Numbered from the stretch's first letter, positions 50,050 to 61,552 are shown. The stretch: 64,000 nucleotides of DNA from an uncultured delta proteobacterium (GCA_963724765.1 CAVRVY010000002.1:497166-561165); one strand, 5' to 3'. The notes: generated by a model not told the origin, from the letters alone. Translations and numbers: made by a program.

Positions 50050-52875
50050 TCACTTTTCGAGCAGTGGCGGGATCGCCGCTCGCCGTTTGAAGAACGGCTC
50101 GGTGTAATAGCGGATCTTGGTGGCGCGGATCGCAGGCTGACCGCTGGTGAAGATGAGGGCTTCGCTGGAGCCGAGACGCGTCGCCTCGTCCGGCGTAATC
50201 AGAGGCCGCGCCACTTCCGGCTCCGAGAAACTCGCGCCCGTGCTGGAGAAAGTGCGGTGCGCGTGGCGAACCGTCGCTTCACCCGCCATCTGAGAAAGCA
50301 GCCGCGCAGTTTCGATACGGTTAGGGGTGAAAGCGACGCGGGTATGGCAGTTGGACGTGATCGCCTCGTCGTGCCCGTAGGCCGCATGAATCTGGCTCAG
50401 GTCCTGGGCGATGAGACATGCCTTGATGCCGTAGCCCGCGATCAGCGAAAGCGAGTCCGCAAACATATCGAGTCGTCCGAGACTTGCGAATTCATCGATC
50501 ATCAGAAGCAGCCGGTGCCGGTAGCCGGTTATCGCGCGGCCGTCGCGATACTCGAGCCGTTCGGTCAGACGATGAAGGATCTGGCTCAGCATCAGCCTGA
50601 TTAACGGCCGCAGACTGTCTTTGTGAGCGAGCGAAACGACGACGTAGAGCGAAACCGGCCGCCGATGGTTCATCAGATCCTCGATGCGGAAGTCCGAGAT
50701 CGCGGTATTCGTTGCGATGACCGGGTCGCGGTAGAGTTCGAGAAACCCTTTGATTTCCGAAATGACGCCGGATCGTTCGTTGTCGCTCTTGTCGAGCAGA
50801 CTGCGCATCGCGCGGGCGATAACTGGATGCGTCTTCGTGGGATTGCCCTGCGAGTCCTTCCAGCCCATTGACCCCTCAGGGTCGTGGACCGTGGTCATGA
50901 TCTGTTCCAGAGTCTGGTTAATCGGCTGAGCAGGGTCGGAAAGCCGCGCTTCGATGCCGCTCAATGTTGGATCGCGGTCTTCATAGAGCTGGGCGAGGGT
51001 GAATCCGGTGAAGCCTTCCACGCCCGCGCGCAGCCAATGGTCGGGAAGGCCTTTGCCATTCGGGTCCATGATCATCTGCGCGATGTTGCGCACATCCCGA
51101 ATTTCGTTAGGTGTGCGCAACCGGACTTCGGCAAGCGGATTGAACCGAGCGCCGTCCTCGTCAGGCGACGCCGGTGCATACTTCAAACAGATCTGACCCA
51201 TCCGTTTCCGTGCGCCTGCAGTCAGCGCCCAGTTCTCGCCTTTGAGATCGTGAATCAGGGCCGAATGCGGCCACGTGAGCAGCGTCGGAATCAACGATCC
51301 CGACGCCCTTGCCGCTCCGGGTCGGAGCGAAGACCAGTATGTGCGAAGGTCCGCAGTCGCGGAGATAGAAGAACCGACCCCAGCGGCGCCAGACGCCAAG
51401 GTACACGCCAGCGCGATGCGAGAAGGGCTTTCAGAATTTTCGCGCGTTCGGCGATCCTGCGAAGCCGCCGCGGCAGCAACCGGCTTTTGTCTATGAATCC
51501 GGCCGCTCGGAGATCCCTGGTATTGGCCCAGCGCGCCGATCCATGCAGGTCGGATGGATTGCGGAACCATCTATGCCGGGCGACCGCTATCGCGCCCATC
51601 GCGATTACGGTCAGGGCAATCATCGGGTAGACCGCCTCGCGCGCACACAGCTCCCAGAGCGGCGCGAGGGTCGGTTCCGAGTGCCAGCGCGACCACCAGA
51701 CCATCCAGTCCCACGGACGGTAGAGCGTCCCGATCATCGGAAAATCGCACCACGGCTGCGCCGAGCGCGGGCGAGTAACCGAAGAGTCGTGCGGCATGTT
51801 GCGTCGTAACCCAGTTGACCACCACGAAGGCCACGAGGAGAAGGGTGGAGAGGCGGAAAGGTGAGTGAGTGGTGGTGGGTAGGAGAGGGGGGGTGTGGGG
51901 CAGGTGCGAGGTGTGGGGGAGAAAAGCAAGTGCGAGCGAGCGTAGGTGCGTCTTCATAGAGCCTGTGGAGGATGAACGTAGAACGCCTCGGAGCCGGCGC
52001 GCGACGAGTGGTCGGGGAGCCGCGGCCGTGGGGTCCAGCCAGCTGAACGATGTTCTGCACGTCGCGCACCTCGTGAGGTGTGCGCAGCCGGACCTCGGCG
52101 AGCGGGTTGAAACGTGCAGCCCCGTTCGGGTGAGGCTGGCTCGAACTTGAGACAGAGCTGGCGCAAGCGTTTGCGGGCGCCGGCAGTCAGCGCCCAGTTC
52201 TCGCCTTTGAGATCGTGAATGAGGGCAGAATGCGGCCATGTGAGCAGCGTCGGGATCACGATCCCTACGCCCTTGCCGCTCCGCGTTGGAGCGAAGACGA
52301 GTATGTGCGTGGGACCGCAGTCGCGGAGATAGCGAGCGGCGCCAGACGCCAAGGTAAACGCCAGCGCGATGCGAGAAGGGTTCTAGAAGTTTCGCGCGTT
52401 CGGCGATCCTGCGAAGCCTCCGCGGCAGAAACCGGCCTTTGTCTATGAGTCCGGCCGCTCGAAGATGCCTGGTGTTAGCCCAGCGTGCTGATCCATGCAG
52501 GTCGGATGGATTCTGGAACCATCGATGCCGGGCGACCGCGATCGCGCCCATGGCGATTGCGGTCAGCGCAACCATCGGATAGACCGCCTCACGCGCGCAC
52601 AGATCCCAGAGCGGTGCGAGGGTCGGGTCGGAATGCCAGTGCGACCACCAAACCATCCAGTTCCACGGACGATAGAGCGTGCCGATGAGCGGAAAATCGC
52701 ACCACGGCTGGCCGAGCAGCGGCGAGTAGCCGAAGAGTCGTGCGGCATGTTGAGTCGTCATCCAGTTGACCATCACGAACACCGCTCCCAGCGAGAGCAG
52801 GACGACAATCTTGATCTGACTGAGACGCGTGTCGGCCGCGGTCCCTGAGAGGCGATAGGGACGTTGTTCAGCCAT
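50050..52875 (-). CDS. traG: TraG/VirD4 coupling protein with a duplicated N-terminal part and frameshifts
   Basis: HGSARWA, APTRSGKGVG, HDLKGENW, FNPLAEVR, IDEFASLG, GYGIK. Confidence 0.88.
50977..52790. repeat. Tandem diverged duplication within traG (~50977-51835 and ~51951-52790)
   Basis: HGSARWA and APTRSGKG segments both occur twice; purine-rich low-complexity junction at ~51840-51945. Confidence 0.85.
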
Positions 52876-53900
52876 GGCGATCCCTCCTTTTGTCGAAGCC
52901 GCGATCAAGTCCATGATCGATGTCGCGCCGCTGGCTGCGCGCCCGGCTCTTGATGATGTCTTTCGAGATCTGGCGTTCACGAAGATTGCGCTCGTGGTCT
53001 TGCGAGAGCTTCCAGCTTGCCTCACCAACACGCTGGGCGAGGCCCATGCCTTCGAGGAACTGCAATCGCGCCACGTCCTGCTCCGCCCTCACGCGGGCGG
53101 CATCGCTGCGCGGTTGGAACTGCTCGTAACTTACGAGGCCCGACTCGTTCGCCTTGCGTTGCAGCGATCGGTCGATTTCGGTCCATTGCTCTTTTCGGAT
53201 CACGCGCTCGCGCGCATGCAGCACCTCGGGTTCGAGTCGCGGGCCAAGCTCCCTCGTCGCGATCTCCTGGCTTCGTCCGCGCATGCCGAGCTTCAGGTAT
53301 TCGCGGTCGATCTGCAGAGGCCGTCCGTCATCGCGAACGCCTCGCACAAGCAGATGGACATGGGCGTCGTCGGTGTTGTGATGATCGATTGCGACCCACT
53401 GAAGCTTCGTATCGAGATCGCGCTCCATCTGTTCGACCAGGCCACGCACGTGTTCCCGAAGATCCAGCCTTGAGGCGTCCTCCGGTGAGACGATGAAGCG
53501 CCAGAGCAACTCGTCGTGCTTCTCCCAGTCGCGCACGAGCGCGACCATATCCAGCCCGTCATGCTCGGCATCAAAGCCCCTACCCTTTCCCTGTTCCTGC
53601 TGCGCTCCTTCGCGTGACAGGTAGCGGGCGTGAGCGGCCCAACCGCCGGTATGGTCGTTGCGCTTGAACGACGCTTTGACCACGGAACGGCGGGAGTAGA
53701 CGTGCGGGTCCAGCGCGACTCGCCGCCACGTCTGCCCGCCGCTGAGACTGCCCCACGATTGGCGTCGAATTCCCCACCTTACTCGCACTCGCCGCAACGC
53801 AACCGCCCACCACGGAATCAGCGGGCGCGGACGCTCCGTCTGCGCCGAGACGGAGCTTGATATCGACCTCCTTCTGGCCGAAGAACCTACGCCGGCTCAT
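52868..53900 (-). CDS. MOBP/VirD2-like relaxase (N-terminal frameshift)
   Basis: AHARYLSREG, RFIVSPED, WVAIDHHNTDDAHVHLLVRG (HUH). Confidence 0.88.
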
Positions 53901-53965
53901 GCGTCGACTCCGTGAGCAATGCGCTCAAGCTGGCAATGAGTTGCGCCGAATTCTCCGGCGCGTGT

Positions 53966-54280
53966 TCACCGCAGAGCCTCGATGATTTCTCTGACCTGCG
54001 CACTGCTGAGTGTGACCGAATGAAGTTCCTTTGCGCGGCTCCACGACTTCCACGCGCGCTTGCTGGTGGCCCGCTCTTCGAGCCGCTCTCGTCCGGCCGC
54101 TGCGACCCGTGCGCGCTGCGCCGCATCGAGGGTTGCGCTCTCGTGCGCGACGCTGAGTAACGCTCCGAGCAGGAAGTCTGGGGGCTCGCGGTCAAGGCCG
54201 GCTATTGCTACCAATCCGCCAAGATTGGCGAGGTGATGGACTCTGAGTCCTTGCTCGTGGCTATGTCCGTTTGTCGCCAT
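53966..54280 (-). CDS. TraD-like small conjugation protein
   Basis: LGGLVAIAGL...LLGALL. Confidence 0.6.
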   Translation of the reverse strand: MATNGHSHEQGLRVHHLANLGGLVAIAGLDREPPDFLLGALLSVAHESATLDAAQRARVAAAGRERLEERATSKRAWKSWSRAKELHSVTLSSAQVREIIEALR

Positions 54281-54283
54281 GAT

Positions 54284-54790
54284 TCACCAAGTGAGAACCG
54301 GCTTGAGCGCGGCTCGAACTTCTGAAAGCGGAACCGGTCCGAAGTAGCGCGCGTCCCAGCTCCGCACGTTATGGAAACCGAACAGCCAGACTTCGCCCGG
54401 CGCGACCTGGCGCCTGCCCCAAGGCACATGTGGCAATGGTCGGCCTATGCTGTCGCGTGCTGCGACGGCGCTGTCAGCGAACACCTGTCCGTCGACGGAA
54501 ACCCATCCGGGCTGCACTTCCAAAACGTCACCGGGAAGGGCTCCAACAATCTTCGCGACCGGCTCGGCTCCGCCTGGGCAATCGCCTTTCTGAAGGTAAC
54601 CGCGAGCGAGTCCTTCCTGTGCGATCGATGCCGGTAAGCAGGCACCAACGAGCTCGCCGTGTTTGACGGATACTCCGCGTACGATCCGGTAAATCCCTGC
54701 TGGTGCGGCGCTGTCGGTGAGTGAAATGCGCAGGCCAAGGACCCTGCCCAGCGCGACCAAGAAGGCCACTGCGATCACTGGTCCGAGCAT
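54284..54790 (-). CDS. traF: TraF S26 pilin-processing peptidase
   Basis: TDSAAPAGIY, KIVGALPGD, SWDARYFGPV. Confidence 0.88.
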   Translation of the reverse strand: MLGPVIAVAFLVALGRVLGLRISLTDSAAPAGIYRIVRGVSVKHGELVGACLPASIAQEGLARGYLQKGDCPGGAEPVAKIVGALPGDVLEVQPGWVSVDGQVFADSAVAARDSIGRPLPHVPWGRRQVAPGEVWLFGFHNVRSWDARYFGPVPLSEVRAALKPVLTW

Positions 54791-54901
54791 CGCCAAGACG
54801 GGTCTGCGCGCGTGCCGAAAACACTCGAAATGCAGCCTTGGAACGACCCGCTCCGAGGCGATTTTCGCCGTACTGTGCAGTTGGCCGACCAGGATGCTCT
54901 C

Positions 54902-55006
54902 AAGTGGGGGAAAGGCCGTGAGAATGTTGGAGAAAACGGCGGATCTGCGGCACTGCACCGCAGATGCTTTATCTTGCTCTACGAACGAACGACCTTTCCC
55001 CCACTT
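54902..55006 (+). other. Candidate oriT
   Basis: IR atctgcgg/ccgcagat (54943-54965) followed by TATCTTGC (RP4 nic is TATCCTG/C); enclosed by a 14-bp IR aagtgggggaaagg/cctttcccccactt. Confidence 0.6.
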
Positions 55007-55199
55007 CTTCACCACTCCGAACACAGCACTCAGAGCCCTCCGTCCGCCCGCACGCAAATCTCTGCAGTTCGATCATAGATCGCACTCCATCCCGAACTCC
55101 GACGCGCATCGCTTCACACTCCGCCCTGACCATCAGCAGCGCCGCCGGGAAGCATCCGATCTGAATGTGCCAGTCCGTTCGCTTTTGCAGGCTTTCGAG

Positions 55200-55415
55200 A
55201 ACGGTCTCTCCCCGCGGTCTTCCCCTCCAACCGCATCCATCTCGTCGCGCATCTGTCGCGTCAGGCGAATGATCGATTCGCAGATGTGTCGCGTTCAGAT
55301 CGAAGCCCGCCTCGCTGGTGCGCTCGCGAAGCCGATCGATCTCCGCCTTCACCGAAGCCGGGACGCGCAACGTGATCGTCTCGGTCGGTTCTTCCTTGCG
55401 TTTCAGCACTCCCAT
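55200..55415 (-). CDS. Small RHH-like protein next to oriT (frameshifted; end approximate)
   Basis: TETITLRVPASVKAEIDRL; GTGTACG repeats upstream at 55441, 55475 and 55486. Confidence 0.5.
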
Positions 55416-55493
55416 CGCCCGTTCTCCTTGAATCGGTTTTGTGTACGTTTCGTGCACAATCGCGCATGCGCTCCGTGTACGATTTGTGTACGT

Positions 55494-56658
55494 TCAGCCT
55501 TTGTAGGCCGCCGGGAACACGAGGTCCTCTGTGACCATCACGTTGAACTGGTAGCCGGGCCGGATTTCGATCGTCGGTGGGCGATTCATCCCCTGGCCGA
55601 TCATCTGCTGACCCACAGCGCCGAACTGTCCCGAGGCAGCGGAACCGGCCGTCTGACTCGCCATCGCCCACTGGTTCGGCTGTGAGTAGCCGTAGGGTCC
55701 GTAAGTGCCGCCGCCTCCGAACGTCGCCATCTGTCCGACCATCTGGCCGGCGCTGATAAGACTCATGAGCGCCGCGGTGCCGAACGTTCTCAGGTAGTGG
55801 TTGTTCACTTCGTCGGTGAAACCCGCGTAGCCGCCCTGATCGGCTCCCGGCATCTGCGGGAGATTCATGCTCGAGGTGTTCGGGAAGATGAGCCGCTGCC
55901 ATGCGATCTCGACCCGTTGCTGACCATAAGTGGAGGCGTTCTGGTATATGCCGATGAGTCTGCTGCCCTGCGGGACCAGCAGATATTTTCCGGTGGCGCT
56001 GTCGAAGACGTTCTGACTGACCTGGGCGAGGATCGGCCCCGGCAAGTCCGAGTTGATCCCGCTCACGAGCACGGCTGGAATCACGCTTCCCGCCATCACC
56101 GAGAACGCCGATGCGGGCGGGTGAAGCGTCACGGCCGGATCAGTGGAATTGCCAACGTTGAAGTTCGTGCTTTGCTGGCCATTCGCGCGGGCGATTTCCA
56201 GCGTCCCGCCGTCGTGGAACGCGGAGACCATCTGCGGCGATTCAAGCGCCTTCATGTACTTCTCTTCCGCCCACTGCGCGTAACGGCTTGGCGGTCGCGG
56301 CGGTGCCTGTTGGATGGGCGCTTGCACGGTCGCGACGACCGCTGGAGGCGGTACGAAAGTCGGTGCTGCGAGTGCGCTTGCCGCCGTGCGCGGCGAGGTC
56401 CGCGATCTCTCCGTTGTTGCGTGCCGATGCTCCGGGATCGTCAGCCGGCTTCTGCAGCGCACTCTGCCCGATACCGGATGACTCCACGCCCAGCGCCACC
56501 ACCACGCCGCTCACGATCGCGACGGCGGCGAACGCAATCAGTATGAGCCGGTTGAAGCGGCCGCCTCCGGGATGCTCCTGCTCCAGCAAGCCTTCCGGTT
56601 CGTCCCGAAGATCGCCCTGGCCGTCGAGTCTGATATCCTCAGTCGCCATGGTTCTCAC
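55494..56658 (-). CDS. trbI: TrbI (VirB10), frameshifted
   Basis: AGSVIPAVLVSGINSDLPG, VPQGSRLIG, PTIEIRPG. Confidence 0.92.
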
Positions 56659-57609
56659 CTCGCCGCTCCCGCGTAGCTGATCGTCACGCGGTCCTGATCG
56701 CGTCCGACTCCTGATACGAGAATTGCGTCGGTGACCAGGCGGTCGACGACGTAGTAGTTTCCCTTGACCCGGTAGTTCACCATCTGGGTTCCGCTGCCTG
56801 CGTTCACAAGCAGCGCGGGCGCCTCGCTCGACTTCATTCCCGGCGGCATCTGGATGTACACGTGCGAACCGTCATCGAAGGCGCGAATCGGCTTCCACGG
56901 AACGTTCGCTCCGCCCACCGTGTACGCGAAGTTGAGTTGTGCCGGATCGACGTTGGCAACCTTCACGACGTTGCCGGAGTCATCGCCCGGCGGATCGGCC
57001 GCCGCATCCTGTTGTGCCTTGGCGGCGGAGTCGGCATTTTTCATCGCCGTCATCAGCTCGTCGGGGTAGTAGAACTCGACCTCCTGCATCGCGTGGCTTC
57101 CGCGCGAGCGGAGCAGCAAGTGGTAGATGTGCTTCGTCGTGTAGATCGTAAGGTTGGTCTGGATGCCCGGAGCTTGCGGCTTAACTGCGAGATGCGGCAC
57201 AGGGTTTCGCGGGTCTCCCGAGGAAGCGGGCGTTGCCATCCAGCGCTCGCTGTCACCAATCGCAACGTCGGTGATCGTCTCTCCTGGCTGCAGCTGAATG
57301 TCGGAAGTTCGTAGCGGCTCGCAATCGACTGCCGGCTGGGGGCCTTGGTTATACGGATAGAGCGTGTAAGCCGGTGTCTCTGTAGATCGCCCAATCGCCG
57401 CTCTTGTCGTGCTCCTTGATCGCCTGCTGAACCTCGGGCGGCTGCGCTGCAAGGATCTGCTCCGCAGTTGGCGGAGCTGGCGGCGCTTCCGCTTTGGGTT
57501 CGGCTTCGGTGACCAGGTTGAGCGGTGGCGGTGCTGGTGGCTGTTTCGCCGCGCATGCTCCCAACGTCAGCGCCAAGGTGAATGCTCCTGCGATGGCGAT
57601 CCGTCTCAT
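56655..57609 (-). CDS. trbG: TrbG (VirB9), frameshifted
   Basis: DIQLQPGE, GDSERW, WKPIRAFDDG, VNYRV; lipobox LGAC. Confidence 0.9.
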
Positions 57610-57637
57610 CGCTCTGCCTCCTATCTCTGTTGCCGGC

Positions 57638-58306
57638 CTAACCTTGCTGTTCGGTCCAGCTGATCTGCGTTACGCAAAACCCGAGAGGGTTGCTGACGAT
57701 CGCGTCATCGGAACTCGGCGGTACAATTTCGGTTTGAAGCGCCGCCTCCCAATGGGACGGTGACCCGACAGCGACGCCGTTCAGGTCACGCTGCTGCTCG
57801 GTCCATCGCACCTGATAGCTGCGCGGCGAGAGCTGAAGGATCGAATCGATCTGAACCGAGACGGTCTGCTTCTCGGCGATCTTGAACGGGTTATGGGAGA
57901 AGTTGTCGGAGTGGTAGTACTCGTCGAGAAAGCGGTCCGCGGCGCCGCGCGTATGCGCGAGCAGTGCGTTGAGCGTCTGATGCTCTACCTGCGCATCGCT
58001 GGTGACCGAGCGGGCGTCGCGGATGAAGGCCGCTACCTCGTAGCGCTCCATTCGCGCGGTCACGTCCGGCAGGGCCACCGGCGTGAGGGGTTGCGGGACC
58101 GTCAGCGCGTATCCCAGCTTGTCGACTTCGACGACGTACGGGATGTAGCGGCTGCGATTGCTGAGCCAGACGATACCGCTCGCGAGAATCAGACTCAGGA
58201 GCAGGAGGCCGCCAGCGGCGATCTGCCAGTTGCGTTTGCCGAGAACGAGGTCGGCGTATCGTTCGTCCCATTCGCGACGCGCTTCGAGATATGGGTTGCT
58301 CTCCAT
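57638..58306 (-). CDS. trbF: TrbF (VirB8)
   Basis: NPYLEARREWDERY, PYVVEVD, SYQVRWTE, NPLG. Confidence 0.92.
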   Translation of the reverse strand: MESNPYLEARREWDERYADLVLGKRNWQIAAGGLLLLSLILASGIVWLSNRSRYIPYVVEVDKLGYALTVPQPLTPVALPDVTARMERYEVAAFIRDARSVTSDAQVEHQTLNALLAHTRGAADRFLDEYYHSDNFSHNPFKIAEKQTVSVQIDSILQLSPRSYQVRWTEQQRDLNGVAVGSPSHWEAALQTEIVPPSSDDAIVSNPLGFCVTQISWTEQQG

Positions 58307-58553
58307 GCGAACGCCTCACCGTGAAAATCTGGAACTCACACATCAAAGTGCGGCTCGCTGGATTTGTTGGTTGAGCAAGTTCCTTGCCATTGGCGGGCCG
58401 CGAGCGCGACCGAGAAACGGATGCGAAGGAATTAGTGCTGTGTGGGAACCGACACAGACGACGACATTCACCTGATAAAGAAGGGCTAGGCGGAGCGCGA
58501 GCTAAGGATTCAGGTCAAATAGGAGAGCGGAGAAACTGGGGGGTCTGAGCGGA

Positions 58554-59288
58554 TCAGCTTTGGGCGGGATAGTTATCCGGCCAGCGCTTTGCGGACTCGT
58601 CTTGTAGCGCGTCCAATGCGGTCTGTTGGGCGGCGAGTTCGAGATGCAAATCCGGAGAGGTTTCTTGACTGTGGGCTATTGTGAAGAGCGCGAGGTTGGC
58701 GAATCGAGAGGCGCGTTCGAGAGCATACCAACCGTGTCTGATTGCGAGTTCGTTGGTGTCTGGACCGGGCCGGAATTGTACGGCGTTGCCTTCAAGTTCG
58801 TAGCCCCTGCTCCGTTCTACAATGGGATTTAGGTGTTTGGGCATACAAAGCTGCTGATATTGGGAATACATTTTGTCGGCGTGTTTGGCGTCGCTGGTCG
58901 ATGTGCTCCAGTGCTTGTTTGGTGAGGGGACGTATGCGGCCAAAGCTTTCGTTCGCTTTGGCATGTGAAAGCCATTTTAGGCGTCGTCCTCGGTTTTGAT
59001 GTTCGCGATTGTCACCCACGCTTCGAAGATCCCAGCCGCCTGTGTAAGAGCTTGGAGAGGATAGCCGTGCTCAACCAGGATCATGCAACCTCTGAGGTCG
59101 TTCTGAATGGGCTGAAGAAGCAGAAGTCTGACCATTGTGGCTTTGGAGAGCTTCTCCGCCGGGGCGTCGTTAGCGTGAAGCTGGTGGCGAGATTCAGAAC
59201 ATCGATGGCGGCCTTTAGCGGCAAGCCGAGCGCTTTAGGGCGACGGCGGTCGCATTTGATTCCAGCTCGTGGAAAGATCTTCCGCCAT
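58554..59288 (-). pseudogene. Frameshifted DUF5677/HEPN-like protein
   Basis: Joined across frames: LVEHGYPLQALTQAAGIFE...KWLSH...YQQLCMPKHLNP. Confidence 0.4.
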
Positions 59289-59355
59289 GACGTTCCCTCC
59301 GAACCCATTCAAATGGTTACCCGCAGCGCCTCGGGCGCCCTGTTCGAGCGCGTTT

Positions 59356-59377
59356 CAGTGCCCACTCAGTGCCCACT
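59356..59377 (+). promoter_or_regulatory. Putative arm-type sites (CAGTGCCCACT x2)
   Basis: Tandem 11-mer with the same core as 4594-4613; TGATCTG repeats follow at 59395-59462. Confidence 0.6.
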
Positions 59378-59482
59378 TCCGGCTTTTTCAGCATGATCTG
59401 AGATGATGTCGATCCGCTGAGAACCCTTATATTTCCTGCACTATATGATCTGGGGTGATCTGAGAAAACGTCGTGGACAAGT

Positions 59483-59523
59483 TTAGGAATCCTGTGCTCT
59501 ATCCATCTGAGCTAAGGGGGCGC
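59483..59523 (-). repeat. Right att core (displaced 5' half of tRNA-Arg)
   Basis: Identical to 4481-4521; tRNA similarity stops at the anticodon loop. Confidence 0.95.
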
Positions 59524-59537
59524 CCGGCGGAGTCCCG

Positions 59538-59566
59538 ACCTTAACTCCATCGCGAAGCAGGCTCAA
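59538..59566 (-). promoter_or_regulatory. Probable native sigma70 promoter of the tRNA
   Basis: TTGAGC-17 nt-TAAGGT on the minus strand, just upstream of the 5' tRNA fragment. Confidence 0.5.
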
Positions 59567-59595
59567 GTTGGAAGGTTGCGGCGCGGCGCGCGCGC

Positions 59596-60231
59596 TTAGC
59601 TATGCCGCGTTTCCGCGTCGATCAAAGTTTCCGCCGCGCGCACCAGCGCCGACGCGCGGCCCGAGGGGCGCGCGGCCTCCGCGCAGAACCCTGATCCCTC
59701 GAGCACGATGCCAAGCTGATCCGCGAGCCGGTCCGGATCGGGCGCGCCGGCGGCCTTTGCAAGCTCGCGCAGCCGGGCGTGGCGCTCGGCCTTGAACCTG
59801 ACGATAACCGCGCGCGCCGGATGGCCGTCCTTGGGGAACTCGACCAGCGTGTTGCCGAACGGGCATCCGCGGAAATCCTCCCCGATGGCTTTGTCCGCGG
59901 TCGCGACGAACAGCGCCCGCAACTGCTTGCGCGGCGCATGCGCGTGGGGCCTGATGACTTCGTCCCACCATTGCCAGTACTCGGCGGCCGAGGATTCGAG
60001 GTAGGCGCAGACCAGGTCGTCCTTGGAGCGGAAGCTGCGGTAGAAACTCATCTTGGCCACGCCCGAGCGGGAGATCAGCGTATCGACGCCGACGGCGCGG
60101 ATGCCCTCGCGGTAGAACGAGTCGCGCGCCGTCTCGAGGATGCGCTCGCGGGCCGAGAGCGCCTTGGGCGGTGCGCCCGGCGATTTCTCGCCTGCACGGT
60201 GGGCGCCTGCACGGTGAGATTGATTAGCCAT
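59596..60231 (-). CDS. TetR/AcrR regulator
   Basis: ARERILETA...GIRAVGVD...SGVAKMSFYRSFRSKDDL, RGCPF. Confidence 0.92.
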   Translation of the reverse strand: MANQSHRAGAHRAGEKSPGAPPKALSARERILETARDSFYREGIRAVGVDTLISRSGVAKMSFYRSFRSKDDLVCAYLESSAAEYWQWWDEVIRPHAHAPRKQLRALFVATADKAIGEDFRGCPFGNTLVEFPKDGHPARAVIVRFKAERHARLRELAKAAGAPDPDRLADQLGIVLEGSGFCAEAARPSGRASALVRAAETLIDAETRHS

Positions 60232-60283
60232 GATCGTTGTCCCCGTTGATTGGCGCATTGCGTTGCTCGCCAATGGCCACCTC

Positions 60284-60331
60284 TTGACTGATACAGACAG
60301 ACCTGTATCATACATACAGAACGGCCTGTAT
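60284..60331. promoter_or_regulatory. Tandem palindromic operators overlapping a promoter
   Basis: GATACAG-N6-CTGTATC and ATACAG-N6-CTGTAT; TTGACT-16-TATCAT. Confidence 0.65.
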
Positions 60332-60382
60332 CAAAACACCAACTTACCTGAACGGGCCGTGGAGGAAAAGAGAGGAAAGAGC

Positions 60383-60646
60383 ATGTTGAACAACAGCATC
60401 AAATCCACCAACGTAAAAGCCAGGCGGCCCGTGCTGCAGAGCGCGCGCGAGGCCACGGCCGGGCAGGGGCTCCAGGCGAGCCGCGGCCTTCCCGCCGACG
60501 CGCGATCAGCTTCGCAGGCGGCAGTGCCGTCAGTGCCCGCCGACCGGCTCGGCATGGCCGTCACGCTCCTGTTGAGTCTCGCGCTCGTGGCCGGAGGCTC
60601 GCTGATGGTCGCGCAGATCTGGGCGAACCTGGCTATGATTCGGTAG
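60383..60646 (+). CDS. Small protein with a C-terminal TM helix
   Basis: Purine-rich RBS; hydrophobic C-terminus. Confidence 0.45.
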   Translation: MLNNSIKSTNVKARRPVLQSAREATAGQGLQASRGLPADARSASQAAVPSVPADRLGMAVTLLLSLALVAGGSLMVAQIWANLAMIR

Positions 60647-60797
60647 CACCGCGCGCAGCGTCTGGGTGATCCGCAGAGCGGAGTAGGAGCACGGCCATTG
60701 CGCAACCCGGGACGGTCGGACTAGTTGGGTACGAGGACCGCCGCCGCCGCTGGACCGGCGGCGGCATCAACCAAACGTCGGAAGGAGTTTAACCAGG

Positions 60798-61409
60798 ATG
60801 AAACTTTATTTTTCACCGGGTGCCTGCTCGCTCTCGCCGCATATCGTGGTGCGCGAGGCTGGAATCGCGGCTGACCTGGAACAGGTGGACCTCAAGACCA
60901 AGAAGACCAAGAACGGCGCCGACTTCACCGCGGTGAATCCGAAAGGACAGGTGCCGACGCTGGTGCTGGACAATGGCCAGACGCTGACCGAGGGCCCGGC
61001 TATCGTGCAGTACCTCGCCGATCAGAAGCCGCAATCGGGGCTGGCCCCGCAAAATGGCACCTTCGAGCGTTACCGGCTGCAGGAGTGGCTCAACTTTATT
61101 ACGGCGGAGATTCATAAGCCCTTCGGCTCGCTCTTCAGCCCGACGACGCCCGACGACTACAAACCCATCGCGAAAGAGGCGCTGGCCGCGCGCTTCGGCT
61201 ATGTCGACCGTCATCTGGCGAGCGGCGGTCCCTTCCTGATGGGCGCGCATTTCACGGTAGCGGATGCATACCTGTTCGTGATGACGCTCTGGGCGAAGTT
61301 CCTGAAAATCGATCTCGATCAATTCACCAGGCTAAAGGCCTACGCCGAACAGGTCGCGGCGCGGCCCAAGGTTCACGAGGCGCTGAAAGAAGAAGGCCTC
61401 GCAAAGTAA
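60798..61409 (+). CDS. gstA: Glutathione S-transferase (beta class)
   Basis: MKLYFSPGACSLSPHI, NPKGQVP, EGPAIVQYLAD. Confidence 0.93.
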   Translation: MKLYFSPGACSLSPHIVVREAGIAADLEQVDLKTKKTKNGADFTAVNPKGQVPTLVLDNGQTLTEGPAIVQYLADQKPQSGLAPQNGTFERYRLQEWLNFITAEIHKPFGSLFSPTTPDDYKPIAKEALAARFGYVDRHLASGGPFLMGAHFTVADAYLFVMTLWAKFLKIDLDQFTRLKAYAEQVAARPKVHEALKEEGLAK

Positions 61410-61552
61410 CGAAGCCGTCGCGTTTTCTCGCACTGGCGGCCCCGGATCGTCGGGGCCGCTAGTCTATCCTCGCGCGCCTCCGTGACACTTTCGCCTCGCT
61501 TCCACCGGCCGCCGCCTTCGGTTTTACTGAAGCCGGCGGAGGCCCGTATCGT

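Larger units (their letters stand above)
4481..59523. mobile_element. Integrative conjugative element (~55 kb), Trb/IncP-type T4SS, integrated at tRNA-Arg(CCT)
   Basis: 41-bp terminal direct repeat; integrase next to the tRNA; relaxase, VirD4 and TrbBCDEJLFGI inside; housekeeping-type genes outside. Confidence 0.93.

Noticed and set aside
51840-51945. G-rich tract as a G-quadruplex or regulatory element
   Set aside because: Sits at the traG duplication junction and looks like low-quality consensus sequence
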